Virus record (IMG/VR): IMGVR_UViG_3300037067_012588
Length of the DNA: 64,000 bases
Direction: 5' to 3' (one strand)
DNA from: a virus
Taxonomy: Duplodnaviria > Caudoviricetes
Below, piece by piece: positions 1 through 9,416 of this stretch (positions are counted from its first letter, which is position 1; each line of letters begins with the position of its first letter). The notes beneath the pieces are model-generated. The model worked only from the letters and a program-made list of their open reading frames with translations, was not told where the DNA came from and did no database searches. The position numbers and the translations under genes are program-made.

Positions 1-190
1 TAAACACGTCAGCAACAGCCTTACCCTTTGAAATTTCAACAGCCTTGATGCACTCGCTCCACCGCTCAGGATGAAGCGCAGCTTCATTCGTCTCGGGGCT
101 TTCCTGAACGATGTTTGCTTCGGTGAAGGTACGCTCTTCAACACACCACTTCGCAAAAAGTCCGTTCGGCTGCACTACGGTCACAATCAT
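1..190 (-). CDS. hypothetical protein, runs off the window edge
   Basis: ATG at 190 overlaps the upstream stop; frame MIVTVVQPNG... stays open to position 1. Confidence 0.6.
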   Translation of the reverse strand, partial: MIVTVVQPNGLFAKWCVEERTFTEANIVQESPETNEAALHPERWSECIKAVEISKGKAVADVF

Positions 191-459
191 TATTTATCCA
201 TCCCTTCAGCATGTTCGACGACAAAATCAAAAGCGAGTTTTTTCACCAGCGACTCTGCAACCGAAAGAGCGGAAGAACCATCAATGCCGTCGTCGTGATA
301 CATTTGCGCAAGCTGACGAACAAAGCCACCACTCAGAAGGATGGACGTTGAACCAAAATCGATAAGCTCTGCACACATCTCGTTCAGGTGAGCCTTGCAG
401 AAATCAACCTTTTCGGAATGCTTTTTTGACATTTCTGACATTTTCTTTCTCCCTGCCAT
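190..459 (-). CDS. hypothetical protein
   Basis: ORF in the minus-strand gene train, preceded by the GGACGATG motif. Confidence 0.7.
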   Translation of the reverse strand: MAGRKKMSEMSKKHSEKVDFCKAHLNEMCAELIDFGSTSILLSGGFVRQLAQMYHDDGIDGSSALSVAESLVKKLAFDFVVEHAEGMDK

Positions 460-485
460 TATGGGTTCGTCTTTTCACAGAAGAG

Positions 486-493
486 CATCGTCC
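486..493 (-). promoter_or_regulatory. GGACGATG upstream motif (putative phage promoter element)
   Basis: Intergenic, about 27 nt upstream of the start at 459; one of about 10 copies. Confidence 0.55.
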
Positions 494-522
494 AAGGGAG
501 AAATTTCTGGAAAGAAATATGC

Positions 523-783
523 CTAAAATTCGTCTTCTTCTTCAAGAAGCTGCTCAAGACGATAAACACAGTCCTTCGGCACAGGACAGAATTTGTGGAA
601 AGACAAAGAAAGCACTGCAGCTTGACACGGACACCACCGTATTTCGTTCTTGTCCCAAAACTCTTTCCCGCTTGGGAAGTTGCCAAGACGATTATCCCAG
701 AGTTTTTCAGGCTCTGGGATTTCGGGCTTATCCTTCGCTTGGTCTGCAATGTAACACAGACGGCACAACCTCTCCGAAAGCAC
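523..783 (-). CDS. CxxC...CP(F/Y)xxEH-family small Cys-rich protein
   Basis: LCRLC ... FWDKNEIRWCP ... PKDCVYRLEQLL; GTG start after GGAG. Confidence 0.65.
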   Translation of the reverse strand: MLSERLCRLCYIADQAKDKPEIPEPEKLWDNRLGNFPSGKEFWDKNEIRWCPCQAAVLSLSFHKFCPVPKDCVYRLEQLLEEEDEF

Positions 784-784
784 G

Positions 785-1030
785 TCACTCTCCTTCGTAG
801 AGCAACCCACAAGACTGACAGGTTTTCTCTTGACGCTCCTTGAAATCCTGCATTATCATATTATACAGCTCACAGTGAGACAGGACGAACTTGTCCGCAT
901 CCACTCTCAGCCTCGCCATTGCACTGTCAAACCTTCCATCAGCAAGGTCTTTCGCACCCAACACAACAACCGTGAAAATCTGTAGGCTTGGGTCTGCGAG
1001 AATTTGCGACAGCCTTTCCTTGTCAATCAT
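785..1030 (-). CDS. hypothetical protein
   Basis: ORF MIDKERLSQIL... Confidence 0.6.
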   Translation of the reverse strand: MIDKERLSQILADPSLQIFTVVVLGAKDLADGRFDSAMARLRVDADKFVLSHCELYNMIMQDFKERQEKTCQSCGLLYEGE

Positions 1031-1046
1031 TTCACTTTCCCCTGCT

Positions 1047-1445
1047 TCACGACTGAGAGCCGCCGCTGACGTCCGAGACAATATTTCCACACCCAGTTTT
1101 CCCACAGCTCACCGAGCCGCCAGCAACAACATTTCCACCGACATTGTTGCCACGCACAGAGCCGCCAGCATTGACGTTGCCGCCAACGTGGCAGCAATTC
1201 ACCGAGCCACCAGCCTTGACGCTGCCCTGAACGTTGTCGCAATACACAGAACCATCAGTCAACAGAACCTGCTCTAGAAAAAATGGGCAATTTAGAGGAG
1301 GAGTCATATCCCATGTGACCTTTCCCGCCCCTTCGCAAGTCCAACTGAAATCGGAGTAGACGCCCTTGGTAAAAATCCCATACGGCTCACCAATTTGAGC
1401 GCAATATCTTTTGCAAGACTTTTTGCAAAAAGCCCTGTCTATCAT
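1047..1445 (-). CDS. Cys-rich family domain fused to 15-aa GNVxAGGSVxC repeats (beta-solenoid-like)
   Basis: PPLNCPFFLEQVL followed by 3-4 repeats with a 45-nt period (about 1110-1256). Confidence 0.7.
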   Translation of the reverse strand: MIDRAFCKKSCKRYCAQIGEPYGIFTKGVYSDFSWTCEGAGKVTWDMTPPLNCPFFLEQVLLTDGSVYCDNVQGSVKAGGSVNCCHVGGNVNAGGSVRGNNVGGNVVAGGSVSCGKTGCGNIVSDVSGGSQS

Positions 1446-1606
1446 GTCTCTTTCGATTCGTTGGTAGCCTTTGTGAGGTTGAACGCAGCTTCCTTGAAAA
1501 CATTCGTCATGAAGGTCGAATACACCAACCCACGCTCCTTCGCAATCTCTTTCATGGCATCACGAAGATACTTCGGAAGCTTGATTGTTACGGAAATATC
1601 ATTCAT
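1442..1606 (-). CDS. ribbon-helix-helix (CopG/Arc-like) DNA-binding protein
   Basis: MNDISVTIKLPKYLRDAMKEIAKERGLVYSTFM: alternating beta strand, helix, G turn, helix. Confidence 0.65.
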   Translation of the reverse strand: MNDISVTIKLPKYLRDAMKEIAKERGLVYSTFMTNVFKEAAFNLTKATNESKET

Positions 1607-1850
1607 CTTTTTTCTCCTGCGAAATAACATGCTCTGTTGCGAACGGACACATTGCAAAAAGCTCTTCAAACCCATCAATGGAGACCCTAGCGCAGAAAGA
1701 ACCGTAACACACCGTTCTGCACATGATATATCCAGAAGCAAAAGCCCTGTCAAAATCTTCCATCGACAGCCCAAAAGCACTATCGTATTTGTTCAGCAAA
1801 TGAAATCGTTGCTGAAAACACGCCCTACAGACATCTTTGTCTGGACTCAT
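1599..1850 (-). CDS. CxxC...CPFxxEH-family small Cys-rich protein
   Basis: KDVCRAC ... GYIMC ... CPFATEHVISQE. Confidence 0.75.
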   Translation of the reverse strand: MSPDKDVCRACFQQRFHLLNKYDSAFGLSMEDFDRAFASGYIMCRTVCYGSFCARVSIDGFEELFAMCPFATEHVISQEKKDE

Positions 1851-1852
1851 GA

Positions 1853-2050
1853 CTACCCGCATTCGTTTCCAAACTTATCGTAACGAACCTTCCCGCCGCT
1901 TGGACCGCCAAACACAACAATAGACGAACCATCGGAAAACTCCAACCGACACTCAGCGCAGTTTGAGTGGTCACGCTTGCCTTTACGATAGTCAGACCCC
2001 TCTTGGAGCGAGTCAAAATCTTCCATGCACAAGGGCTTTTCGTCAATCAT
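1853..2050 (-). CDS. hypothetical protein
   Basis: ORF with GGAGG RBS, fills the gap in the gene train. Confidence 0.55.
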   Translation of the reverse strand: MIDEKPLCMEDFDSLQEGSDYRKGKRDHSNCAECRLEFSDGSSIVVFGGPSGGKVRYDKFGNECG

Positions 2051-2403
2051 TATACCTCCAAGAGCGAAAGAAGTTTCAGACATTGTGCCTCATCGAACAT
2101 TGCGATGTGGGCTTTCGAACCATCCAACTCCATCTTCTCTTGTAACCACTGATAGGCTTCCTTGCGACTCATCTTGCCGCCGTTCTTCCACAGCCTATCA
2201 AACCCATCGTGGCAGCGCACACGCAAGGCACGGACGTTCTTTGGCGCAGGGATGCCTAACGGGTTCCTCGTGCCGGGATGAACGCCTACAGCCCCGCCAC
2301 AGCCCGTCTCAGACCACATCTCGCAACCATAGAAGCCGCCAAACTTCGATTTCTTCCAAATAAGCTCTGCCCCACAATCAGGGCAGAGCAGTTTTGCCTT
2401 CAT
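2050..2403 (-). CDS. DUF3268-like zinc-finger protein
   Basis: CPDCG...YGC...C..AVGVHPGT.NPLG.PA...CH..FD.LW...SR..AY.WL...HI..FD...C. Confidence 0.75.
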   Translation of the reverse strand: MKAKLLCPDCGAELIWKKSKFGGFYGCEMWSETGCGGAVGVHPGTRNPLGIPAPKNVRALRVRCHDGFDRLWKNGGKMSRKEAYQWLQEKMELDGSKAHIAMFDEAQCLKLLSLLEV

Positions 2404-2413
2404 GGTGTTCCCT

Positions 2414-2752
2414 TCAGTAGTTGAACGACTTCTCAGCTTCAGCGGACAACTCAACCTCCATCCGCTCAAGTGAAGCCTCAACTCCGTCAACACGAACGAC
2501 ATAGACAACAGCGCACTTCTTTTCATCGAACCGTGTTTCCAGTACCATCGCCTTCTTGTTGTTCATCCGCAGATAGACGATGTCACCAGAAGAGAAAACT
2601 GGTTTGTTCTTTTTCTCCTTGGCTAACGCCTCAGCATGGTTTCTTTCTGCCAAAGCCTTGGCTCGTGCCAATGCTGGAACCAGAATAGCAGCCAGAATAC
2701 CAAGAATTGCAAGGATAATAGCAAACTCGATGAATGTAAAACCCTTCTTCAT
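2414..2752 (-). CDS. prepilin/pseudopilin-like protein with N-terminal methylation motif
   Basis: MKKG-FTFIE-FAIILAILGILAAILVPALARAK class III signal peptide. Confidence 0.8.
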   Translation of the reverse strand: MKKGFTFIEFAIILAILGILAAILVPALARAKALAERNHAEALAKEKKNKPVFSSGDIVYLRMNNKKAMVLETRFDEKKCAVVYVVRVDGVEASLERMEVELSAEAEKSFNY

Positions 2753-3453
2753 ACTGTCAACCCCCTTTCTCCCGCAAGGTGCATTTCGGCAGATTCGCCC
2801 ATCTTCTTGCCATGACTCGCCCAATCCACCCACGAATCCAAGGCGAAATTGGCAAAAATCGGGTTGCCATACTTGGCGTGCCATTCCTTCACGTCAGCCC
2901 GAAGGCGTTCAAGGATGTCAATCTGAACGTTGTAGCTGTTTTCACCACCCCAACCATCATTGAAAACCGAACCGACAACCTTGCCATTCAGGGTGATTTT
3001 TGCAGAGAAGGGTATGGAATCGTCATGCCCATGCTGACGCTTGTACGAAGTGATGTCCCACTTGTCCATTTCGCTCGGTTCATCAGCCTTCGGCGCAGCC
3101 GCTGGGGTGAATGAACTTGCGGGTGCTTTGACCCACGACGAACCACCTTCAAAGAACACCTTCATGAACGGACGGTTGATTTTGTATGTGACCTTGTCGA
3201 CAATACCAAGATGAGTCTCGCCCTTCACGGTGTAGTTAACCCAGTCGCCCTTCTTGAACTGGCAGGGAACCAATTCGGGGAGCGGAGCGGCACTCAGACG
3301 GAAATTCTTTTCCATCGACCTGATAGCACCGCCACCATTGTCGATGTTCATTCTGACCATACGATACACACCCTTGTCTTGGATGTTGCTGATGATACCG
3401 TACAGGGTCTTACCATTGTGGTCGATTTCGGCTCGCATTCCCTTACCAAGCAT
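2749..3453 (-). CDS. hypothetical protein with possible tandem SH3/KOW-like domains
   Basis: Two similar KG...G+I/V beta-rich segments. Confidence 0.6.
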   Translation of the reverse strand: MLGKGMRAEIDHNGKTLYGIISNIQDKGVYRMVRMNIDNGGGAIRSMEKNFRLSAAPLPELVPCQFKKGDWVNYTVKGETHLGIVDKVTYKINRPFMKVFFEGGSSWVKAPASSFTPAAAPKADEPSEMDKWDITSYKRQHGHDDSIPFSAKITLNGKVVGSVFNDGWGGENSYNVQIDILERLRADVKEWHAKYGNPIFANFALDSWVDWASHGKKMGESAEMHLAGERGLTV

Positions 3454-3492
3454 GGCGTTTCTCCTTTGAAGGCGTCATTGCCTATAGAAGAA

Positions 3493-3500
3493 CATCGTCC
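3493..3500 (-). promoter_or_regulatory. GGACGATG upstream motif
   Basis: Intergenic, about 40 nt upstream of the start at 3453. Confidence 0.55.
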
Positions 3501-3543
3501 ATAGGAAGATATTCTGTGAAAGAAAATGAGACTTATTTGCGAA

Positions 3544-4239
3544 TTACAGCAAAGGGACTGTCCTTCCCCTTTTGGAGTTTACCAATACGTCAAGGAATTT
3601 TTCATGACGGCGTTTTTTTGCCTTCGCCTTACGGGCTTCCTTTTCGGCAAGCCGTTGTTCGGGAGTGATTTTGGCAACCTGAATCATTTCCTTCGTGGTT
3701 CTGTTGTAAATCCATACGCCAGACTCTGTCGGACTGATGCCAGCTTCTCTTGCGTCATTCCCCCAGCAGCCCTTGTGCCAGTATGTCCGAACCTCGTTAC
3801 CCATATTGCCCCAGCAAGCATATTCACCCTGAATGGAATTCAGCATCCGTTCGAGTTCTGCCAGAGTTTTTGCAGCGGCATAGACATGCAACTCTGCGCT
3901 ATAACAAAGCCAGCAGCGACCGTTCCAAACATTGAGTCCGTGTTCGGCAGCAACCTTGGCTTCAGACACAGAGCTTGACAAAACAGCCGTTACAGGCTTC
4001 ACAACCTCAGCCGTTGCAACAACCTCTTGTGACTTGCTCGGATGGTTTTGCTTGGCATCGAGAATGTATCCACGAACCTTGCTCTCGGCGTTCCGCATGG
4101 ATATAATCCAACGCTGAGAATCAGGAGCACTCGGGTCCAAGACAACGCCAGAATCAATGGACTCAATCTCGGCAATAAACCCTCGACAAGCACGAAGAAA
4201 AGCATCGCAGTTCTCACTGTCTGTTGGCATCTTCGACAT
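3544..4239 (-). CDS. hypothetical protein
   Basis: 231-aa ORF with AAGGAG RBS. Confidence 0.7.
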   Translation of the reverse strand: MSKMPTDSENCDAFLRACRGFIAEIESIDSGVVLDPSAPDSQRWIISMRNAESKVRGYILDAKQNHPSKSQEVVATAEVVKPVTAVLSSSVSEAKVAAEHGLNVWNGRCWLCYSAELHVYAAAKTLAELERMLNSIQGEYACWGNMGNEVRTYWHKGCWGNDAREAGISPTESGVWIYNRTTKEMIQVAKITPEQRLAEKEARKAKAKKRRHEKFLDVLVNSKRGRTVPLL

Positions 4240-4288
4240 CAGATTTTCTCCTTAAAAGCCTTCATTGAACGACAAGCTTACACATTGT

Positions 4289-4296
4289 CATCGTCC
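4289..4296 (-). promoter_or_regulatory. GGACGATG upstream motif
   Basis: Intergenic, about 50 nt upstream of the start at 4239. Confidence 0.55.
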
Positions 4297-4330
4297 AATG
4301 GAAGAGGTTTTTGGAATAAATTCGGATTTT

Positions 4331-4519
4331 TTACAAAATATCTTCGGGGTGTTCATATACAACAAGAACGCCTTCAAGTTTTAGGAATGGGCGCAAGCTT
4401 GAAAAACTCATAGGGAAATATGGCGAAGCTCCAACATCGACGAGCTTCTTTGCGGTTTTGGATGGATTCTTGAACCCAGCATCATCAGCAAAGGTATCGA
4501 TAACATCAAACCAGTTCAC
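4331..4519 (-). CDS. small hypothetical protein with LEGVLVV motif
   Basis: KLEGVLVVYEHP, shared with neighbours. Confidence 0.55.
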   Translation of the reverse strand: MNWFDVIDTFADDAGFKNPSKTAKKLVDVGASPYFPMSFSSLRPFLKLEGVLVVYEHPEDIL

Positions 4520-4715
4520 CGCTCACCACCTTGTTTCGATATGGACATTCCTTGAACACCACAAGAACGCCCTCCAACTTCCTACTCACGGGAAAAGAAT
4601 ATCTTTTCATCTTTATAGGGTTCATCATCTGGTCAAACAACGAAGAGCTGTTTTTCATCTCCGAGATAAACAAAAGCTGCTTCTCTTTATGAGTCATGGC
4701 TTGATGTTTCTCCAC
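4506..4715 (-). CDS. small hypothetical protein with LEGVLVV motif
   Basis: KLEGVLVVFKECP. Confidence 0.55.
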   Translation of the reverse strand: MEKHQAMTHKEKQLLFISEMKNSSSLFDQMMNPIKMKRYSFPVSRKLEGVLVVFKECPYRNKVVSGELV

Positions 4716-5013
4716 TCTTCAACCCATCATCCAAGTTGCTCAGAGCGATAGCCCGAATCAACTCTCCGTCCTTCCACTTGGCAATCAACTCACACGTTGA
4801 TATAACCGAAAGCAAGTCGTCCTCATGATATTTCATCAAAAGGTCAAGGCAATCAACAACACTGCTCATTTTGTAGTACGTAAAAGTTTTCGCATCAACC
4901 GCCCTCTCAGTGTCGTCAGACACCAAAGCATCACGCAAGCCGTCATACCTATCCAGAATCAGCTCACGCAAATCATCGCAGGCAACCTTGCCATAATCCC
5001 CATCTGCCGACAT
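4687..5013 (-). CDS. hypothetical protein
   Basis: ORF in the gene train. Confidence 0.6.
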   Translation of the reverse strand: MSADGDYGKVACDDLRELILDRYDGLRDALVSDDTERAVDAKTFTYYKMSSVVDCLDLLMKYHEDDLLSVISTCELIAKWKDGELIRAIALSNLDDGLKSGETSSHDS

Positions 5014-5025
5014 CTCTGCCCTCTG

Positions 5026-5253
5026 TCAATGGTCAACCAAACGGACAACATTTCCCGGCCGCTTGAATTTCGCCTGAAACCCACAACCAAGACATGCAAA
5101 CTGCGATTCCTTTTCGAGGTGAATCCATTGCGAGCCAGAACAAAAAGGACACCGCCCCGACAAAGTCAGAACAGTGTCATCGTCCTCAGACTCGACAATA
5201 ACCTCACGCTGTTTTGGAAATAGACATTCTGTTTTGAGAATCATATTGTCCAC
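5026..5253 (-). CDS. zinc-ribbon protein
   Basis: CPFC ... CLGC. Confidence 0.6.
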   Translation of the reverse strand: MDNMILKTECLFPKQREVIVESEDDDTVLTLSGRCPFCSGSQWIHLEKESQFACLGCGFQAKFKRPGNVVRLVDH

Positions 5254-5282
5254 CTTGCCTTCTTATACACTCGACAGGCGAA

Positions 5283-5468
5283 TTATTTTCCATCATCCAT
5301 AAGCAGAAGATCAAAAAAAACGGCTCCGCTTTCAGCAAGAGCCCCTTGGCAAACCAACCCATCAACAGATGCAGAGAGAGAAGACACCTCTCGTCGCTCG
5401 TCCTCGTTTTCTGGAACAACAACCAATGACGCCAAGGATGAACTTGTCTGAATGACACGAACCTTCAT
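5283..5468 (-). CDS. hypothetical protein
   Basis: ORF with GGAGG RBS. Confidence 0.55.
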   Translation of the reverse strand: MKVRVIQTSSSLASLVVVPENEDERREVSSLSASVDGLVCQGALAESGAVFFDLLLMDDGK

Positions 5469-5486
5469 GTGTTGTCCTCCTGTGAG

Positions 5487-5690
5487 TCAGTCCTCGTCAA
5501 AACCGAAAGTGAAGTCTTCCACCCTACCTTGACAGTCTATGGGTTTTTTATCAGGCTTCTCATCATACACCACAAGAACACCATCCAATGGCTCTGGGTC
5601 ATAATGCCAGAACCATTCTGGCATAGAGGCTGCCGTTATACTGGCAGTTGTGGCTATGTCCTCACCAACCATATCTTCATCCATTTTCAA
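5487..5690 (-). CDS. small acidic protein with LDGVLVV motif
   Basis: PLDGVLVVYDEKP; AAGGAGG upstream. Confidence 0.55.
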   Translation of the reverse strand: MKMDEDMVGEDIATTASITAASMPEWFWHYDPEPLDGVLVVYDEKPDKKPIDCQGRVEDFTFGFDED

Positions 5691-5769
5691 GAACCTCCTT
5701 CTTCATTCTACCGATAACTCGTTACTTTTTTTATTATCAACCTACTATAACGATAGAGGAGAAACAAAA

Positions 5770-7020
5770 ATGATATCACAACGCTTTCCGAAGCAGTATT
5801 TTCTGGACGAGATTTACCTTTGCACCCAAAATGACATTGACGCAATATCTGGCACACCATCAGCTTTTTATCAGTTTATCACGCAATGTCGTGCCTCTTC
5901 GTCACGCCTTGTCATGATAAAGTGCTACGCAAACAAATTCATCCCGTCATATACCTATTACGCTCAATGTATTTATTGCACCGATGTTAATGCCACACTC
6001 GGAACCGCAGCAACCCTGACAATGACCTCCATCAACGGTAGCTCATACGATGCCCCGATTCAATTGGTTCGCTCCAGTGATACCAAAACTGTTGCCTTTT
6101 GGGCGACAACGGCAAACACCATCGCTGGGAGCTGCATCAACCTCTCTGGAAACACCTGTGCGCAGTCGACAATATACCCATCGCTTATCTCTGACATTAC
6201 GCCAGAATATACTGTCATCAATATCTCAAACACGCAATTTCTTGCTGTTTGGAAAAACACAAGTGGCGTTTATTACGCCGCCACGCTCTCCGTTTCTTGA
6301 AACGTCATTACGGCCGGAGCATCTTATGCTCTTACTGTAACCAGTGCGACAAACTACAGCAGCATCTCTGCAGCCATGCTGTCTGGAACAAGAGCTCTTG
6401 TCACGGCTGTCAACCAGACAACATCGTATCGGAGAATGGCTTTCACCATCGACATCGCAGGAGCTGTTCTCACTCAAAACACACCGACCTATTCTACCCT
6501 TGCAGGAGCTGCACCGTATTACTCCGGCTACAACATAACAGGATGGATTCTCGGCATGGGTTCTCACAACAAGACCATCATCGTCGAAAGCGACACCAAG
6601 GCTTATGTTGTTGGCGTCAGTGGCTCGATTGGAGATAGTGGCAGCTACAACCGATATGTACCAATAACCATCTCTGGAACGACAACCTCCATTGCGGCTG
6701 TTGTCACGGCATTCGGCGGGGTTGGACAAAGATACGGATTTACGGCAGATGGGTTTGGCGATGGAACATGGTTCTATATCACTGGAGACAGAGACCCATC
6801 TTATCCTGGATGTATAGGCCTTTATGCGAAAACATCTCGAAACACAATGGCCAACCAGAAATCTCAAACGTTCTCTTTCTACCACGACTCCGCAAGTTCA
6901 CTGACTATCAACGCAACTACGTTTGGCGTCACCTGTCTGAACACCAGATTGGCTTATATCACAACATCTGGGTTTTATCAGAATGGTGGAATCTTCGGAA
7001 GGCTCGCTCGCCGTCAGTGA
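5770..7020 (+). pseudogene. beta-propeller-like Ser/Thr/Tyr-rich protein (paralog of 26886-29263) interrupted by one in-frame TGA at 6298-6300
   Basis: ORFs 5650-6300 and 6376-7020 are in the same frame; LSVS*NVITAG matches paralog repeats FNVSGNVITLA and LNVSTNTITAG; N-terminus MISQRFPKQY. Confidence 0.65.
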
Positions 7021-7023
7021 GAT

Positions 7024-7305
7024 TCAATACTCCCACGGAGTGTTTTCTTCACTCAACGCATCGGAAAGTCTTGCAAAGGCTTCTTCGAATTTTTCATTCT
7101 CTACGTAGCGATGGATAACAGTATCCGACCCCAAGATGAAAAAATTGAACGACTCAAGCCCATTAGTCGATTTTGTAACATTCACCCGAACATCCGACAA
7201 AGGGACAATCAGATTTCTTTCAACAAAATTACAGGACTTATAAAACCCTTCGAAAAACACAAACGAGCCACGACGGTATATCTTCATCTTCGGATTCATG
7301 TTCAT
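7024..7305 (-). CDS. hypothetical protein
   Basis: ORF convergent with 5770-7020. Confidence 0.55.
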   Translation of the reverse strand: MNMNPKMKIYRRGSFVFFEGFYKSCNFVERNLIVPLSDVRVNVTKSTNGLESFNFFILGSDTVIHRYVENEKFEEAFARLSDALSEENTPWEY

Positions 7306-7309
7306 CTTT

Positions 7310-7705
7310 TCAAGCCCTCAATATTTCAATGGCACGTTTGTATTCGTTGATGCAAGCACGGACCCTTTTCAGTTCTTTTCTCCAAAGGCGTCGCAAGGAA
7401 CACATCATCAAAGTAAACCATGTGACCAAAGCGAGGGCTACCGTTGCCGACAACAGTAAGACCGCTGGCCAGAAGTATGCGGCAACCAATAGAAGCAACA
7501 CGAACGAGTATCCACCATACGAAAACAGCTTGCTGATACCAAGACTCTTTCTCAGCTCGGATTCCATCACAACAAGCTCTTCTTTGGGCTTTTCTGGAAG
7601 GCACGGGAAAACAATCAAGACGCCCAATTGATCAAGCGAACGCCATGAATGCGAAGGACTTGAAGACGACGATGAAGATAAATTCACTGGATACATTTTA
7701 CCCAT
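7310..7705 (-). CDS. membrane protein with two TM helices
   Basis: Hydrophobic stretch SFVLLLLVAAYFWPAVLLLSATVALALVTWF. Confidence 0.6.
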   Translation of the reverse strand: MGKMYPVNLSSSSSSSPSHSWRSLDQLGVLIVFPCLPEKPKEELVVMESELRKSLGISKLFSYGGYSFVLLLLVAAYFWPAVLLLSATVALALVTWFTLMMCSLRRLWRKELKRVRACINEYKRAIEILRA

Positions 7706-7707
7706 TT

Positions 7708-7926
7708 TTACTCAGTCTCTTCTTCATCATCCATGTTAACGAAAACTTCCTCATCGCCCTCATCTTCATCAGTATCCAGCTTCATGTTGTCATCGCAATC
7801 AGGGCAAACAGGGCTACCAGACTCTGCCAGCTCAGCGTAAGAAATGTCAGCCTGATACCCACATGAACAGACCCACGGGAACGAAACTGTCCACGGACTC
7901 TTCTTCGATTTTTTCTTCTTACTCAT
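7708..7926 (-). CDS. zinc-ribbon protein with acidic tail
   Basis: CSCG ... CPDC, D/E-rich C-terminus. Confidence 0.6.
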   Translation of the reverse strand: MSKKKKSKKSPWTVSFPWVCSCGYQADISYAELAESGSPVCPDCDDNMKLDTDEDEGDEEVFVNMDDEEETE

Positions 7927-8269
7927 CTTTCTTTCCCCCGTACTCAACAACCTTTAACCAAGCGGAGAGCCATTCCCTCGCTTCAAAAACAATCTGCTGC
8001 TTCTCTGCCTCAGAGAGCAATCCGAAATCGTGCCGATAGTTCATGCACGCATTATAGACCTCATCATCTGTCGGCTGACGAATCATTTTGCCCTAGCCTC
8101 AAGAAGCTTCCTCATTGTTCCTGCAACGTCACCCATTGTCTCGCCAGACTCTGTACGTCTCAACGTGTTATCTTGTTGGCACGTTTTGGGAGACGTAACC
8201 TCTGGCATCAAAATGCCAAGAAGCTTGGATAGCTCTTTTCCTCCGATTGACTCGACCATGTCGTTCTCC

Positions 8270-8782
8270 TTAGTCTTCCTGCGAAACAATCTGCTCAGTC
8301 ATCAACGGACAATTCAGACAAACACGCCTACATCCAAATATCTCGACCACCTTGCCATCTATCAGAACGTCCTTGTTGCCATCTTTGAAATACTCCCACG
8401 CCGAAGCAACATCACTACGCCTCTTGCAACCCTGACAAACACTATCGTTCGCAAGGATATCTGTGAATGGAAACTCTTTCACAGAAGGGTCGAAAGTTGT
8501 TGCCTCAAATAACACAAAGTCCGAGGCTTTTGCAAGATGCTCTGACTGTGCCATCGGAGCTGGAACATCTATCATATTCGCCAACGCCATCTCATCAAGC
8601 GGAGCCATCTTCCATTTCTTGCACGTTCGGCATGATTCGAAGACGTCATCGACACTCATAGACCTCGGGTCGAAATCACACTTCTTTCCCTTCCAACCTT
8701 CTTTCGTTAGACAATAATCACATGAACGGCAACAAGTCTCCCCATTCCAGCCCCGCCTTGTTATCTCTCGCCGCTTAGCCAT
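8270..8782 (-). CDS. Cys-rich protein with a divergent C-terminal family domain
   Basis: Several CxxC; ends NCPLMTEQIVSQED. Confidence 0.65.
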   Translation of the reverse strand: MAKRREITRRGWNGETCCRSCDYCLTKEGWKGKKCDFDPRSMSVDDVFESCRTCKKWKMAPLDEMALANMIDVPAPMAQSEHLAKASDFVLFEATTFDPSVKEFPFTDILANDSVCQGCKRRSDVASAWEYFKDGNKDVLIDGKVVEIFGCRRVCLNCPLMTEQIVSQED

Positions 8783-8792
8783 ATTATCCTCC

Positions 8793-9353
8793 TCAGACTA
8801 TTCCACGAGCCCTCCCAAGTTCAACCAAGGACTCTATACCTTTGCGCATCAAATCCAAATCATCGTTGTTCCAAAGCGTCAAGTCAACAGGAATCGTCAA
8901 CCCAGACTCGGATGAATGCTTCTGCGGTAACTTCTCACCCTTGGCTTCAGCACGCCGCTGGCGAATCTCCTCATCCGCATTCACACACACCACAAGCCCA
9001 CCATTGCTTATGGCAGCCATTGCCTCGTTGTCATACCGGGTGTCATCCGAAACAACGTCACAAAGCCCTCCGTTGACTTCTTTGACGGCTCGCAACCACT
9101 GGTCTACCCAGAAGTTCTCATTATAGCACCTTCCGATTTCCGTGCCAAGAATTTGAAGAAACTTACGCCCCTTCTCATCCTTTTTACCATCCCAGCCAAA
9201 ACTCCGAGCCATATCCTTCAATGGCTTCGCAAACGGCAGGACGAAATGCTTTCCTCCAAGGCGCTCAACAATGAGCCTACCAACCTCAGACTTCCCAGCA
9301 TATGCTGGACCACACAACGCAATAATCATAGTATCCTCCTTGTCCTCAGACAA
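8793..9353 (-). CDS. deoxynucleoside monophosphate kinase
   Basis: P-loop GPAYAGKS, FAKPLK, RKFLQILGTE, DDTRYDNE. Confidence 0.85.
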   Translation of the reverse strand: MSEDKEDTMIIALCGPAYAGKSEVGRLIVERLGGKHFVLPFAKPLKDMARSFGWDGKKDEKGRKFLQILGTEIGRCYNENFWVDQWLRAVKEVNGGLCDVVSDDTRYDNEAMAAISNGGLVVCVNADEEIRQRRAEAKGEKLPQKHSSESGLTIPVDLTLWNNDDLDLMRKGIESLVELGRARGIV

Positions 9354-9416
9354 AACGTTTTGGGATTATACACACCAAACGCTTATCAAAGAATTTTGGA
9401 GGATACTTTTTCAGCC

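Noticed and set aside
1110-1256. 45-nt tandem repeat as a non-coding array
   Set aside because: Explained by the coding 15-aa repeats of ORF 1047-1445
6298-6300. Genome-wide TGA recoding (genetic code 4 or 25)
   Set aside because: Many well-defined genes such as nadK, nadV, thyX and nrdD end at TGA, often in ATGA overlaps
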